From Clostridia bacterium (GTDB lineage: Bacteria > Bacillota > Clostridia > Christensenellales > CAG-917): a DNA stretch of 64,000 bases. The notes below the pieces were generated by a model. That model was not told the origin of the DNA. It made no database searches and worked only from the letters and a program-made list of their open reading frames with translations. Of this stretch, positions 49,321 through 58,997 are shown piece by piece (position 1 is the first letter of the stretch; every line of letters starts with the position of its first letter). Where the stretch lies: positions 1,375-65,374 of the forward strand of contig JAVVSR010000002.1 of NCBI GenBank assembly GCA_036654095.1. Reading direction: 5' to 3'. The position numbers and the translations under genes are program-made.

Positions 49321-50214
49321 CTAGTCATCGCAAGGAATATACTGCGTAGTAAATTCATAATCAAATTTGTCACCTGCTGACAACATATTTATATTGCTTT
49401 TTTGACACATTTCCGACTTGGAAAGCTGTTCATCGGGCAATCCCCACCACGGCTCAACGCAAACAAAATTTCCATACTGCGCGTGTGACCAAACGGCCAA
49501 TACGGGTGGATTGTTTAAAATGAAATGAATTGAAATCCTATTTTTTCGTACTATTGTTATATCTCTTTCGGGTTTTGCAAAAACCAAAGCGTCATCTTTA
49601 AACAAACTTTTTTTAAGCTCGAAAATAGTTTTAAAGCCAACATCTTCAACGCCATCAATAAGCAGACTTTGACCATTTACTTTATACTTTTTTAAAAAAC
49701 CGATATTGTCAAAAATTAAAAAATTTCCGCTTGTATCTGTACCGTTTTCCGTTTCAATCCCGTCAATAATGTACCCCGCATGCGCGCCTATCATAAATGG
49801 CATCGCTTCCTTTCCGCCGTTTTCAACTTCATACAAGGTTACCAAGCTGTTATCTAAAAGTTTATAACGTATGCGCAATATAAATTTAAACGGATATTTT
49901 TTTAAACTTTCCTCATTCCAACTTAACTTAAGCGTGGCCTCGTTTTGAGATTGGCTTTCAATTTCAAACATACTATACCGCGCCAATCCGTGAATTTCCA
50001 TTGAATAAGATGTTTTATCAACAGTGTATTTTTTATCTTTAAGGCGGCCAATCATCGGAAAAATAACAGCGTCTTTACTTAACCAACTTTTCTCGTCGCC
50101 TTGCCAAAGTAACTCGTCAGCGCTACCATCGACATTTTTTATAACAACACTGTCGAGAGTGCCTCCAAAAGGATTAATTTTTATGTTGACTAACTCATTT
50201 TTTAATTGTATCAT
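49321..50214 (-). CDS. aldose 1-epimerase family protein (LacX-like)
   Basis: FPMIGRL, EIHGLARYS and IGAHAGY motifs; ~300 aa. Confidence 0.65.
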   Translation of the reverse strand: MIQLKNELVNIKINPFGGTLDSVVIKNVDGSADELLWQGDEKSWLSKDAVIFPMIGRLKDKKYTVDKTSYSMEIHGLARYSMFEIESQSQNEATLKLSWNEESLKKYPFKFILRIRYKLLDNSLVTLYEVENGGKEAMPFMIGAHAGYIIDGIETENGTDTSGNFLIFDNIGFLKKYKVNGQSLLIDGVEDVGFKTIFELKKSLFKDDALVFAKPERDITIVRKNRISIHFILNNPPVLAVWSHAQYGNFVCVEPWWGLPDEQLSKSEMCQKSNINMLSAGDKFDYEFTTQYIPCDD

Positions 50215-50513
50215 TTATAAATCCTTATTAAATTTTAGTTCTCTTTGCTAAATTTATTTTTTAATGTCACTCAATTATTTATATATTAGCTTATTTCAAC
50301 TGTTATTTGTTTTATAAAACATATAAAATCTCAAACATTTACTAATACAACAACGTTTTATTTGATTAGAATATTATAGAACAGGTACAACAAATTTACA
50401 AGCAAATATTAAATATTGGCATATAAGTTATTCGATAAACACAAAAAAATGAATTAAAAAAAAGCATATCTATTTAAGATATGCTACAATAAAATAAAAC
50501 CTAGGAGAAAATT

Positions 50514-50708
50514 ATGAAAAAACTTATTATAGATATTGACCGTTGCCCTCAAAATCACTTGTGTCCGTCAGTTAAAGTTTGCCCAGTTGGCGCGCTTTTA
50601 CAAAATGGTTTCAATGCGCCAACAGTCGACGACAAAAAATGTATTTGTTGTGGCAAATGCGTTAAGTTTTGTCCAAAGCAAGTATTTTCAATTATCGACA
50701 AAATTTAA
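50514..50708 (+). CDS. small 4Fe-4S ferredoxin-domain protein
   Basis: CPQNHLCPSVKVCP and CICCGKCVKFCP cysteine clusters. RBS AGGAGA. Confidence 0.75.
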   Translation: MKKLIIDIDRCPQNHLCPSVKVCPVGALLQNGFNAPTVDDKKCICCGKCVKFCPKQVFSIIDKI

Positions 50709-50741
50709 ATATTACCTAGATTATTAAGCTAATCAAACAAT

Positions 50742-50780
50742 AGCGTGGCAATAAAAACACTGCCAACGCTTTTGTTTTGC
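50742..50780 (+). terminator. terminator after the ferredoxin gene
   Basis: AGCGTGGCA...TGCCAACGCT (one bulge) followed by TTTTGTTTTG. Confidence 0.5.
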
Positions 50781-50839
50781 AAATTTATACCTTGACCATA
50801 ACGGCTACTCGGCTATTTTATTTTGAATTGCAAATAAAA

Positions 50840-51241
50840 TTACTTTTTATGCGCGCAACCATCGGCTCCGTGACAATGATGGACTTCCTCTCCGCCGTGG
50901 TGCGACTCGAAGTGATTGCAATGTACATCGGGATTAAATGAAAGCGCGCCTTTAATTAGCGCGTTTACCGCATCATCTGCGCTACCAGATACTCCGCCAT
51001 ATAACTTTATTCCAAGTTCTGCAAGCGCTGTTTGCGCTCCACCGCCAATACCGCCACAAATAAGTGTGTCAATTTTATTTTCCATTAAAAACCCAGCCAA
51101 AGCGCTATGTCCGCCTTCGGTTGGTTTCACTATATCGGTTTTTGTTATTTTTCCATTTTCAACGTTATAAAGTTTAAATTCCTCGGTGTGGCCAAAGTGT
51201 TGAAAAACATTTCCATTTTCATACGTTACTGCTATTTTCAA
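50840..51241 (-). CDS. NifB/NifX-family (dinitrogenase Fe-Mo cofactor biosynthesis domain) protein with a His/Cys-rich tail
   Basis: MKIAV...VFQHFGHTEEFKLY...LICGGIGGGA core, followed by the tail HCNHFESHHGGEEVHHCHGADGCAHKK. Confidence 0.7.
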   Translation of the reverse strand: MKIAVTYENGNVFQHFGHTEEFKLYNVENGKITKTDIVKPTEGGHSALAGFLMENKIDTLICGGIGGGAQTALAELGIKLYGGVSGSADDAVNALIKGALSFNPDVHCNHFESHHGGEEVHHCHGADGCAHKK

Positions 51242-51684
51242 AATAAATTCTCCTTTTCTGCATTTTCAATAATTTTTGCAGCTTGCCCAACAAGTTCAAC
51301 GCAAGGCCGCTTTTTATAATATTCAGGCGTCCTAGTTTCGGGCGAGCCGCCCACTTCGGACGATTTCAACAACTCACGACAGATTATTGTACCATTGAGT
51401 TTTTTAAATTCCTCGGCTAACTTCTGAATACGTTTATAAAGTTGTGCTTTTGATACGCTATCATTTGGCAAAGTATAGCCATCTTTCAGCCCTTCTATAA
51501 TAAACATCGCGCTTACTGCGCCACAAACTTCACGAAGCCTACCCATACCGCCGCCAAAAGATGACGCAATCATAAGCAAAGTATCTTTATCGACCTTTAC
51601 TTCGTCGGCAAATGCCAAAACCACTGCCTGACAACAATTATATCCTTCTTTAAAATAATTTTGCGCTTGCGTTTGCTTGTCCAT
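51238..51684 (-). CDS. C_GCAxxG_C_C family protein
   Basis: GYNCCQAVVLAF near the N-terminus and REVCGA...ICRELL...C downstream. Overlaps both neighbours. Confidence 0.75.
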   Translation of the reverse strand: MDKQTQAQNYFKEGYNCCQAVVLAFADEVKVDKDTLLMIASSFGGGMGRLREVCGAVSAMFIIEGLKDGYTLPNDSVSKAQLYKRIQKLAEEFKKLNGTIICRELLKSSEVGGSPETRTPEYYKKRPCVELVGQAAKIIENAEKENLF

Positions 51685-52499
51685 TAAAGCCTCATAATAC
51701 TGTTTATGGCTGACGATAAGTAATCTACATCAATATCTTCAATTTTACCGCTATCACACGCTGTGGCAAAACGTCCGTCGATTGGCAACCTACCAAGTAG
51801 TTTCAGGTCGTAATTGGTTGCAACCTCATCAATTTTACTTCCGCCAAACACCGATATTTCCTTTCCGCAATCGGGACATACGATGTAACTCATATTTTCA
51901 ACAACACCTAAAATAGGTATTTTCATCATATTAGCCATTTTTACCGCCTTGCCAACAATCATAGAAACCAACTCTTGCGGTGAAGTTATAACAATAATCC
52001 CGTCAACCTTAATTGATTGGAAAACGGTTAGCGGAACATCTCCAGTTCCCGGCGGCATATCGATAAACATATAATCAACGTCGCCCCAAATAACATCGGT
52101 CCAAAACTGCTTAACCATATTAGCTATTAACGGACCGCGCCAAATAATAGGTTCGTTTTCATTTTCAAGCAGCAAATTTGACGAAATAACTTTAATACCT
52201 TTTTTACTTTCAGCGGGATATGTCCCCGTACTGTCATAATCAACGCCACCTGTAATACCAAACATTTTCGGGACTGACGGCCCTGTAATATCGGCATCAA
52301 GTACGGCGCATTTTTTCCCAAGTTTAGCCGTTTGAGTTGCTAAAAGCGCCGTTATTAGCGATTTTCCAACACCACCCTTACCGCTAACAACCGCAATGAC
52401 TTTTTTTATTGAAGAAAGTTCATTTGGTTTTTCTAGCATACTTTTTTGTTCGTCACACTTGCTTTCACAACTGTCACAATTATGGTCACAATCACTCAT
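51684..52499 (-). CDS. Mrp/NBP35 family P-loop ATPase (Fe-S cluster carrier-like)
   Basis: Deviant Walker A SGKGGVGKS and a CPDCG motif. Cys-rich N-terminus MSDCDHNCDSCESKCDE. Confidence 0.8.
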   Translation of the reverse strand: MSDCDHNCDSCESKCDEQKSMLEKPNELSSIKKVIAVVSGKGGVGKSLITALLATQTAKLGKKCAVLDADITGPSVPKMFGITGGVDYDSTGTYPAESKKGIKVISSNLLLENENEPIIWRGPLIANMVKQFWTDVIWGDVDYMFIDMPPGTGDVPLTVFQSIKVDGIIVITSPQELVSMIVGKAVKMANMMKIPILGVVENMSYIVCPDCGKEISVFGGSKIDEVATNYDLKLLGRLPIDGRFATACDSGKIEDIDVDYLSSAINSIMRL

Positions 52500-52502
52500 C
52501 GC

Positions 52503-52853
52503 TTACTCCTCATTAAATTTTTTATGTTTTTCACACCCTCCGCAACGACACGACAACTCGTTGCCGTCGCACAAAGTGTACGTACCTCCATTAATAGACA
52601 AAACATTTCCGCAAACAATGGCCTCGGCAATCTTCTTTCGCGCGCTATCGTAAATGCGTTGGAGCGTTGTCCTCGCGATGTTCATTTGTAACGACGCTTC
52701 CTCCTGCGTAAACGACATCTTATCAATAAGCCTAATAGCCTCATATTCTTCAACTGACATACAAATTTCCGATGCTTCGGTGGCTTCAAGCGTGCCAAAA
52801 CGTTTACATTTAGGCATACTACAAACTTTTCTGCACTTAATTGGACGTGACAT
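52503..52853 (-). CDS. DUF134 family putative DNA-binding protein
   Basis: Start at MSRPIKCRKVCSMPKCKRF behind GGAGG. HTH-like EEASLQMNIARTTLQRIYDSARKKIAEAI. C-terminal Cys cluster. Confidence 0.7.
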   Translation of the reverse strand: MSRPIKCRKVCSMPKCKRFGTLEATEASEICMSVEEYEAIRLIDKMSFTQEEASLQMNIARTTLQRIYDSARKKIAEAIVCGNVLSINGGTYTLCDGNELSCRCGGCEKHKKFNEE

Positions 52854-53074
52854 AGCCGCCTCCGTTTCGGGCATATGCCCGTTATTATTTAATAATACTA
52901 TTATTGTTGACATAAGTCAATAACATACACAAAACGTAATTAAAAAAATTGCAAAATAAATATAAATGAACATATAGCAGTTTTTTTTCATACGCTACTG
53001 TGAAGGCAAAATAGATTTTACACTTGCGCAACGCCTAAACTCTTGTGCAATTCTTATCAATAGGGGGTAACAAT

Positions 53075-54409
53075 ATGGCAAACGACAAAATTTGCTGCTA
53101 CACATTAAACGATATAATAGAATCGGTCGCGCTAGAGGAAGCGGCTATTTCGCATATTTTAAACGCAGAAGGCGAAAAAATACAGAAAGCCGTTGAAAAA
53201 GCCGTCTGTATCGACGATTTATTAAAGGTAAATTGTTCTGTCCAAAACACCATAAGCAATATTACCAATTTAGAATGTGTTTTATTTAATAAATTACGCG
53301 CAGTTTTAAAAGCGGATTGTAAAGAATGTCCATTACCTCCGACCGAAAAAGGCGCAATAAGTATCTGCGTATATTCGTGCGATTCAAAACAACCCTTAAG
53401 CGGTATTGGAATACAAGTGTTTGACAAACATTCCGCTTTGGTTGGTAGCGGAGTTACCGATGCAAACGGAAAATTTTTAATTGATAACTTGCAAAATGGC
53501 ATATATACAGTTGTTTTAAAAGACCCTGTAACGGGTGCAGAAAAAACTTTTACCGCAACTATAACCGATACTCAAAAAATCGTAATTAAACAACTGTGTT
53601 TTGAGCGACCCGAAAAAACTGGCCTCTGCTTATATGTCTTTGAGTGTCAATGCAAATATCCGCTACAAAATATTGAAGTTAAACTTTATGACAACCACAA
53701 TATTTTAATTGACCACAGCGTTACCGATTCAAAAGGAAAATATAAAAAGCTTGACTTGCCATTTGGAACTTATCGGTTGCAACTAACAAACCACGAAACT
53801 ATGGAGGTTAAGGAAATATTTGTTGAAATTAACGCTCAGCACAGGTTTGTAGAAGTTGAAGAATGTTTTATTAATTCAAAAATATTAGAAGGCGTCATAA
53901 AAGTTCGCGTATTTGTTTGCGGAACAACCCGACCTCTTGATTGTATTGAAGTTATCGTTAAAGACCATTTAGGCTCGATTGTAACATCGGGTTTAACCGA
54001 CTCTAATGGCTGCTTCACAACTGAGCATTTGCCATTTGCAACCTATATTGTTGAAATTATTGATAGCGCGACATCTAAAACGGAAATACGCACTGTAATT
54101 TTATCAAATTCACAAAAAATCGTCGAAATAGACGTATGCTTTAAAAGATGTGTAAATAATTTGGTAAATATTTCAGGAGTTGTCACCGACGAATGTGGCA
54201 AACCTATTTGCAATGCGCGAGTAGTAGCGCAGGGGCTAAATAAAATGCAGGCATTAACCAACAACGAAGGTCATTATTCTTTAAGCAGTTTAAAGGTATG
54301 CAGCCAGTTCAGTATTTACGCCGAATGTAACGGACACAGCAGTGTGGCTTTTGTAAACAGCAACCCCGTAAAGAAAAACTATGTTTATAATATTCAAATT
54401 AAAATGTAG
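53075..54409 (+). CDS. protein without a signal peptide: N-terminal ~75-aa conserved helical module plus four Cys-rich prealbumin/CarboxypepD_reg-like beta-sandwich repeats
   Basis: ATG at 53075 behind TAGGGGGT gives MANDKICCYTLNDIIESVALEEAAISHILNAEGEKIQK.... It is followed by 4 repeats of ~90 aa with V(T/L)D(A/S)(N/K)G(K/C)(F/Y) and terminal C-F motifs. No signal peptide. Confidence 0.75.
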   Translation: MANDKICCYTLNDIIESVALEEAAISHILNAEGEKIQKAVEKAVCIDDLLKVNCSVQNTISNITNLECVLFNKLRAVLKADCKECPLPPTEKGAISICVYSCDSKQPLSGIGIQVFDKHSALVGSGVTDANGKFLIDNLQNGIYTVVLKDPVTGAEKTFTATITDTQKIVIKQLCFERPEKTGLCLYVFECQCKYPLQNIEVKLYDNHNILIDHSVTDSKGKYKKLDLPFGTYRLQLTNHETMEVKEIFVEINAQHRFVEVEECFINSKILEGVIKVRVFVCGTTRPLDCIEVIVKDHLGSIVTSGLTDSNGCFTTEHLPFATYIVEIIDSATSKTEIRTVILSNSQKIVEIDVCFKRCVNNLVNISGVVTDECGKPICNARVVAQGLNKMQALTNNEGHYSLSSLKVCSQFSIYAECNGHSSVAFVNSNPVKKNYVYNIQIKM

Positions 54410-54438
54410 TAAACATTAAAATATTAAGGAGTAAAAAA

Positions 54439-54723
54439 ATGAGTATGCCCCAAATTGTTCCAAGCGGAACATCAAAATGTCAAGCGATAACCGATATTAT
54501 CGCGTCGGTAGCTTTAGAGCAAGCAGGCCTTTCGCACATTTTAAATGCCGAAGGCGAAAAATTGCAAAAAGGTATTGCGCTACCAAACGTAACCAATGAC
54601 GAGCTTCTGCTGTTAAATTCGTCGGTTAAAGACACTGTAAACGCAATATCTCGCTTAGAAATGTTGCTACAAATGAAACTTGAATTATTTAACGATTGCC
54701 TGTGTGTAAGCTGTCCAACTTAA
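54439..54723 (+). CDS. small stand-alone copy of the helical module (94 aa)
   Basis: RBS AAGGAG. Sequence: MSMPQIVPSGTSKCQAITDIIASVALEQAGLSHILNAEGEKLQK...LNSSVKDTVNAISRLEMLLQMKLELFNDCLCVSCPT. Confidence 0.75.
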   Translation: MSMPQIVPSGTSKCQAITDIIASVALEQAGLSHILNAEGEKLQKGIALPNVTNDELLLLNSSVKDTVNAISRLEMLLQMKLELFNDCLCVSCPT

Positions 54724-54767
54724 AGTTAAAAATACATTTAATAAACTAATTTAATTTTAAATCAAAA

Positions 54768-54798
54768 AACCTTCTGCTACTACATAGAAGGTTTTTTG
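54768..54798 (+). terminator. rho-independent terminator of the 53075-54723 pair
   Basis: AACCTTCT-10nt-AGAAGGTT followed by TTTTT. A (GATKTT)5 hexamer repeat follows at 54798-54827. Confidence 0.75.
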
Positions 54799-54949
54799 AT
54801 TTTGATTTTGATGTTGATGTTGATGTTATCAACTAAAACACACTGCTGGTTTCTAAATTACTTTTATAAATTTGTATCCAATAATAAGTAGATACTAAAT
54901 TGTATATAAAAGCTTAAATATATTTGCAAAAATAATGCCGTATTTTGTA

Positions 54950-55714
54950 TTAACTTTTATCGACACTTTCATTTTGATTATCTAAAATGCAATTCAATTC
55001 ACTTGATTTTTGACGTTTGAATATAAGCTCGTTAATTTTAAAAAAACTTGCGAACATAAATATTAATATGGAAAATATAATAAAATAATATATTGGATAA
55101 AAAAACGATAACGACCGAAGTGCAACTGAAAGTTTGTCAATTATTGTACCGTCTATAACCTGCATTATAATTGGCTTGCCGTCTATCTTAATTAAAAATT
55201 GCACGCCTAGCGAATATAAATTTATCAACAAAGTTCCCAAGCCTACGTACATAACATCAGTTTTATCAAATTGCACCGTTTTTAAAACCATAATTGAACC
55301 AAAATATAAAAGCGAATGATTAATTGTCGCCATAACTAACAAAAACCAACTTGACCTTGATAAAATAAACATTTCAGGCAAAATAATAAAATTGATATTA
55401 TAAAACAATCCCGAAAACATACCGCAAAATGCCGCGAAAACCTGTAACCTTTTATTTCTCAATACTATGGAAAAACCTAATAAAAAATATGACACTGCCG
55501 AAATTTCAATCGGAACTTGTTTGTGCATTCCTTTAATTTGATAGCTAGTGTATTCACAAATTTTGTAGACAAGTAGATATAGGCCTATTGCGAATAATAA
55601 CCGACTTGCTAGCTTTGATTTTGTTTTAATAAATTTAAAAGCAATGATATTTAGGCTAACAAAACAACACATTTGCCCAATACCCACCCAAAAATATTGA
55701 CCTGCACCCGCCAT
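54950..55714 (-). CDS. hypothetical polytopic membrane protein
   Basis: 254 aa with ~7 hydrophobic segments. RBS TAAGGAAA. No family recognised. Confidence 0.6.
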   Translation of the reverse strand: MAGAGQYFWVGIGQMCCFVSLNIIAFKFIKTKSKLASRLLFAIGLYLLVYKICEYTSYQIKGMHKQVPIEISAVSYFLLGFSIVLRNKRLQVFAAFCGMFSGLFYNINFIILPEMFILSRSSWFLLVMATINHSLLYFGSIMVLKTVQFDKTDVMYVGLGTLLINLYSLGVQFLIKIDGKPIIMQVIDGTIIDKLSVALRSLSFFYPIYYFIIFSILIFMFASFFKINELIFKRQKSSELNCILDNQNESVDKS

Positions 55715-55825
55715 ATATTTTCCTTAAGACATAGTATAATTTATTTTACCATACTGCAATCGCATTTGCAACTTATTTAAAAAAACATGTATATTAGCAT
55801 TGTAATTAAGTAAAATTCAGTCTAA

Positions 55826-56761
55826 TTATTTGTTGAAACCGCCTTTATATTCGTCATTTATAATTCTAAATCTACCAATTTTCGGCAATTCTATTGCGCG
55901 TCCGCGAATGACATTAATAATTCCATATATGTCAAGAATTGGAAAAAGAAACAACCCTATACTCATAATTTCCATCAAATAAGGAATGTACATTCTACCG
56001 ACTAAATTAAGCACAACAGAATACAAAAAAGTTGCCAAATATAATAATAATGCTTGGTTTGTGTGAAAACGCGCAAATCTTGATTTATGCGCAAATAAAT
56101 ATGTTATAATAACCGAAGGCCCTAAATATGCTAATATTGCAATAAATTTATTATCTCTGATATCAGCAGGAGTACAGCCGTCAATAGTCTTTTTAAGTTT
56201 GCAAACATCTTCTCTATATTTGTTTTCCCACGGTTCTAACATTGGCTGCAAAGGCTTTTCGGTTTTATCGACGTCGGCTTTTTCGATTTGACTTTCATTT
56301 GTAATTACAGGTATATTTGAGGTGTTTGCCGATAATGCGCAGTTTTTAGGCGGTGGTTTTAATTGAACTTTGCAAGCCGATATATCGGCTTCACTAAGCG
56401 CTATTTTGCAATCCTCATTTTCAAGCCTATCCACTTGATTTTTTGGCAATGACGATAATTCGACGTGCTTTGATGTTCCCAATCTAGCATTTGATGACAA
56501 TCCAGATTGATGTAAAGGCAAGTCGTTTATGTATAAATTCGGTTGTTGAGTAGATTGTTTTATAAAATCATTTTTGTTTTCTTTAGATAAATTAGCGTCG
56601 GCATTTACATTATTATCACATAATGCGTCGTCTAGTAAAACGTCTGTTTTTTTTGCGTTCAGATGTTCATCGGTTTGCGTTTTTGAGAACTTGTCATCTG
56701 CTTCGCAAAACGGATAAACACCATTGTTTAATTGAATTTCATTTTTTCTATTAATGGACAT
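55826..56761 (-). CDS. hypothetical protein: ~200-aa low-complexity N-terminal region plus a DUF4870-like C-terminal membrane domain
   Basis: RBS AGGGGGT. C-terminal FIAILAYLGPSVIITYLF...FHTNQALLLYL resembles DUF4870. Confidence 0.55.
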   Translation of the reverse strand: MSINRKNEIQLNNGVYPFCEADDKFSKTQTDEHLNAKKTDVLLDDALCDNNVNADANLSKENKNDFIKQSTQQPNLYINDLPLHQSGLSSNARLGTSKHVELSSLPKNQVDRLENEDCKIALSEADISACKVQLKPPPKNCALSANTSNIPVITNESQIEKADVDKTEKPLQPMLEPWENKYREDVCKLKKTIDGCTPADIRDNKFIAILAYLGPSVIITYLFAHKSRFARFHTNQALLLYLATFLYSVVLNLVGRMYIPYLMEIMSIGLFLFPILDIYGIINVIRGRAIELPKIGRFRIINDEYKGGFNK

Positions 56762-56987
56762 ATAACTACCCCCTATCTGTCCAATTTATTTTACATAAAT
56801 ATTATACTTATTGTTTGCTAGAAAATATATCACAATAACAATTTTTCATCGCAAACTTTCAAAATATCACTAAATGGTTAAAAATCAACCCGCCCGTTTA
56901 TACACATTAAAGTAAATGATTAATTTAAATATATTAACTTCAAATTACAATTTCAACGCTTTATGTCGCTATTTTTAAATTTAAACA

Positions 56988-57680
56988 CTACTTTACTGCT
57001 AAATCCGAATTCTCTTGCTTCAAAAATTTTCGGTGTTCGCTAAACCCAATCATGACAATCCACACATACGCGATAGTTTTCGGTATCATCAACGCGCCAA
57101 TGGCTGGTACCACCCCCGCAAATAGCACAACAGGAATATAAAAAGCAAAAGATAAAATTATCGCTATGCCCATATACATATAGTCTTTGTCGCTATTTTG
57201 CTTATATTGCATAAAGCTTAAAACAATAATTATTATCCCGATAATTGCAAATGGTACATTTCTTAATATGCCAAACAAAAAATTTCCGTCGAGATTAAAC
57301 CAATTATTTTGAGGGAAACAGCATATAATAATTCGAGCTAATGCAAGCATTATTATAGATACTCTAAGGAAAGTCGTTTTTTCGGGTTTTGCGCGAAGCT
57401 CCCATACAAAATATAATATTACATAAAATATTGTCATTGTGATTGAGGTAATTAACTGCCCAAATCCTAGCGCCCACGCGTTTGCTTCCATACCATCACC
57501 CAACAACGAAACTATCCTCGGCACGAGATGGAAACTGTCGCCGCTTGCTAATACGATTGCCATAATTCCAAATAATTTAAAATATTTCGTTTTGCCCTTT
57601 ACAACCAAAATTAGCCCTACCGTCAAAGCTATTGCAAAATAACACAGGTCAAAAATCATTTCCATTATACCCTGTAACAT
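56988..57680 (-). CDS. hypothetical polytopic membrane protein
   Basis: ATG at 57680 lies 8 nt after GGAGG; the ORF-track start is a GTG within the SD. ~7 TM segments. Confidence 0.6.
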   Translation of the reverse strand: MLQGIMEMIFDLCYFAIALTVGLILVVKGKTKYFKLFGIMAIVLASGDSFHLVPRIVSLLGDGMEANAWALGFGQLITSITMTIFYVILYFVWELRAKPEKTTFLRVSIIMLALARIIICCFPQNNWFNLDGNFLFGILRNVPFAIIGIIIIVLSFMQYKQNSDKDYMYMGIAIILSFAFYIPVVLFAGVVPAIGALMIPKTIAYVWIVMIGFSEHRKFLKQENSDLAVK

Positions 57681-57953
57681 AACATTATCCTCCACTACTT
57701 AAATCAATTAATCTCACATTAAGTAGGCATTTCGTTTTTTTATTTTAATTTAATTTACCGCATTGAATATTTAAACAGCTAGTCCGCGCTCATTTAAAAA
57801 CTTTATAACATCTAACAACTTTAAATAATTTTTTAAACCTTTTATGTTTTTCAAGGCTAGTATAAGTTTGTCTACTTATTTAACTAAAGATTTGTTTAGG
57901 TAGTATCGTAACACCATTTAAGTGTTTTAAAAATTTTGCAAACAATTAATTGG

Positions 57954-58997
57954 TTAGGATTTAATTGCCCACCGCATTTTTGTAGAATGCGCGCGCGGAT
58001 TTTGGTTACACTCCTCCGCAGTAGGACGAATTACATCACGCGCCACGTCGCTGTAAACGCCATCGGCGCAATACATCTTAAAAGCTTTTTTAACCAATCT
58101 ATCTTCGCCTGAATGGAAAGTCAAAATCGCGACTCGTCCACCACTGTTTAAAATGTTTGGCAACTTTTCAAGAAACTTATACAACACTTCAAATTCGCTA
58201 TTAACATCAATTCTCAGCGCTTGAAATGTGCGCTGACAAGACTTTTTAATTGTGTCGCCACGTTCTTTTGCAGGCAAAAACGATAACGCATCTTCTATGG
58301 CCGAGTACAGTTGTCTTGTAGTTTCAATCGCCCCACCCTTATTGAATATCCGCATAATGGCCTTTGCAATCTGTTCGGCGTATGGTTCGTCAGCATTTTC
58401 GACAAGCATTCCAACTAACTCATTGTAGTTCAGCTCGCGCAGACGTTCAGCCGCAGTAACCCCCGTCGTCGGGTCAAGGCGCAGGTCAAGTTTGCCATCA
58501 CGCTTGAATGTAAAACCTCGCTCGGGATTGTCAATTTGCATAGACGATACACCAAGGTCGGCCAACACAAAATCAAATTTTTTTGATGGCTCTACTTCAT
58601 CAATATTTGCAAAGTTCATGCGCTTTATGGTCAAAATACTTTCATCGTAACCCAGCGCGTTTAGCCTTGTTTTAGTTTTTTCCAATTCGATAGGGTCAAC
58701 ATCTATGGCGTACAAATGCCCCTTACCTTGCAAACATTCAAGCATTTTTTGTGTGTGTCCGCCATAGCCCAAAGTCGCATCTAAGCCTATTTGTTGGGGT
58801 TTTATTTGCAAAAATTCCAATATTTCATTGACGCAAATTGGAATATGCATTCCAGCAGGAGTTTTTCCTTGTTGAATAATTTTTTCAACGTCTTCTTTAT
58901 ATTGCTCAGGGTTTAACTCCTTATATTTTTCTTGAAATGTATGCGGATGCGTGCCTTTGTAACGAACGCGTCGCGTATGCCCTTGTTCCTGCTCCAT
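57954..58997 (-). CDS. RsmH (MraW)-like 16S rRNA m4C1402 methyltransferase homolog with an N-terminal extension
   Basis: DATLGYGGHT, DLGVSSMQID and ILTFHSGEDRLVK motifs. ~50 extra N-terminal residues. No mraZ, ftsL or pbp genes alongside. Confidence 0.7.
   Translation of the reverse strand: MEQEQGHTRRVRYKGTHPHTFQEKYKELNPEQYKEDVEKIIQQGKTPAGMHIPICVNEILEFLQIKPQQIGLDATLGYGGHTQKMLECLQGKGHLYAIDVDPIELEKTKTRLNALGYDESILTIKRMNFANIDEVEPSKKFDFVLADLGVSSMQIDNPERGFTFKRDGKLDLRLDPTTGVTAAERLRELNYNELVGMLVENADEPYAEQIAKAIMRIFNKGGAIETTRQLYSAIEDALSFLPAKERGDTIKKSCQRTFQALRIDVNSEFEVLYKFLEKLPNILNSGGRVAILTFHSGEDRLVKKAFKMYCADGVYSDVARDVIRPTAEECNQNPRAHSTKMRWAIKS

Noticed and set aside
54798-54827. (GATKTT)5 hexamer repeat after the terminator
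   Set aside because: The repeat is real, but it is short, non-coding and right after a terminator. It is noted under the terminator feature, and no function can be argued.
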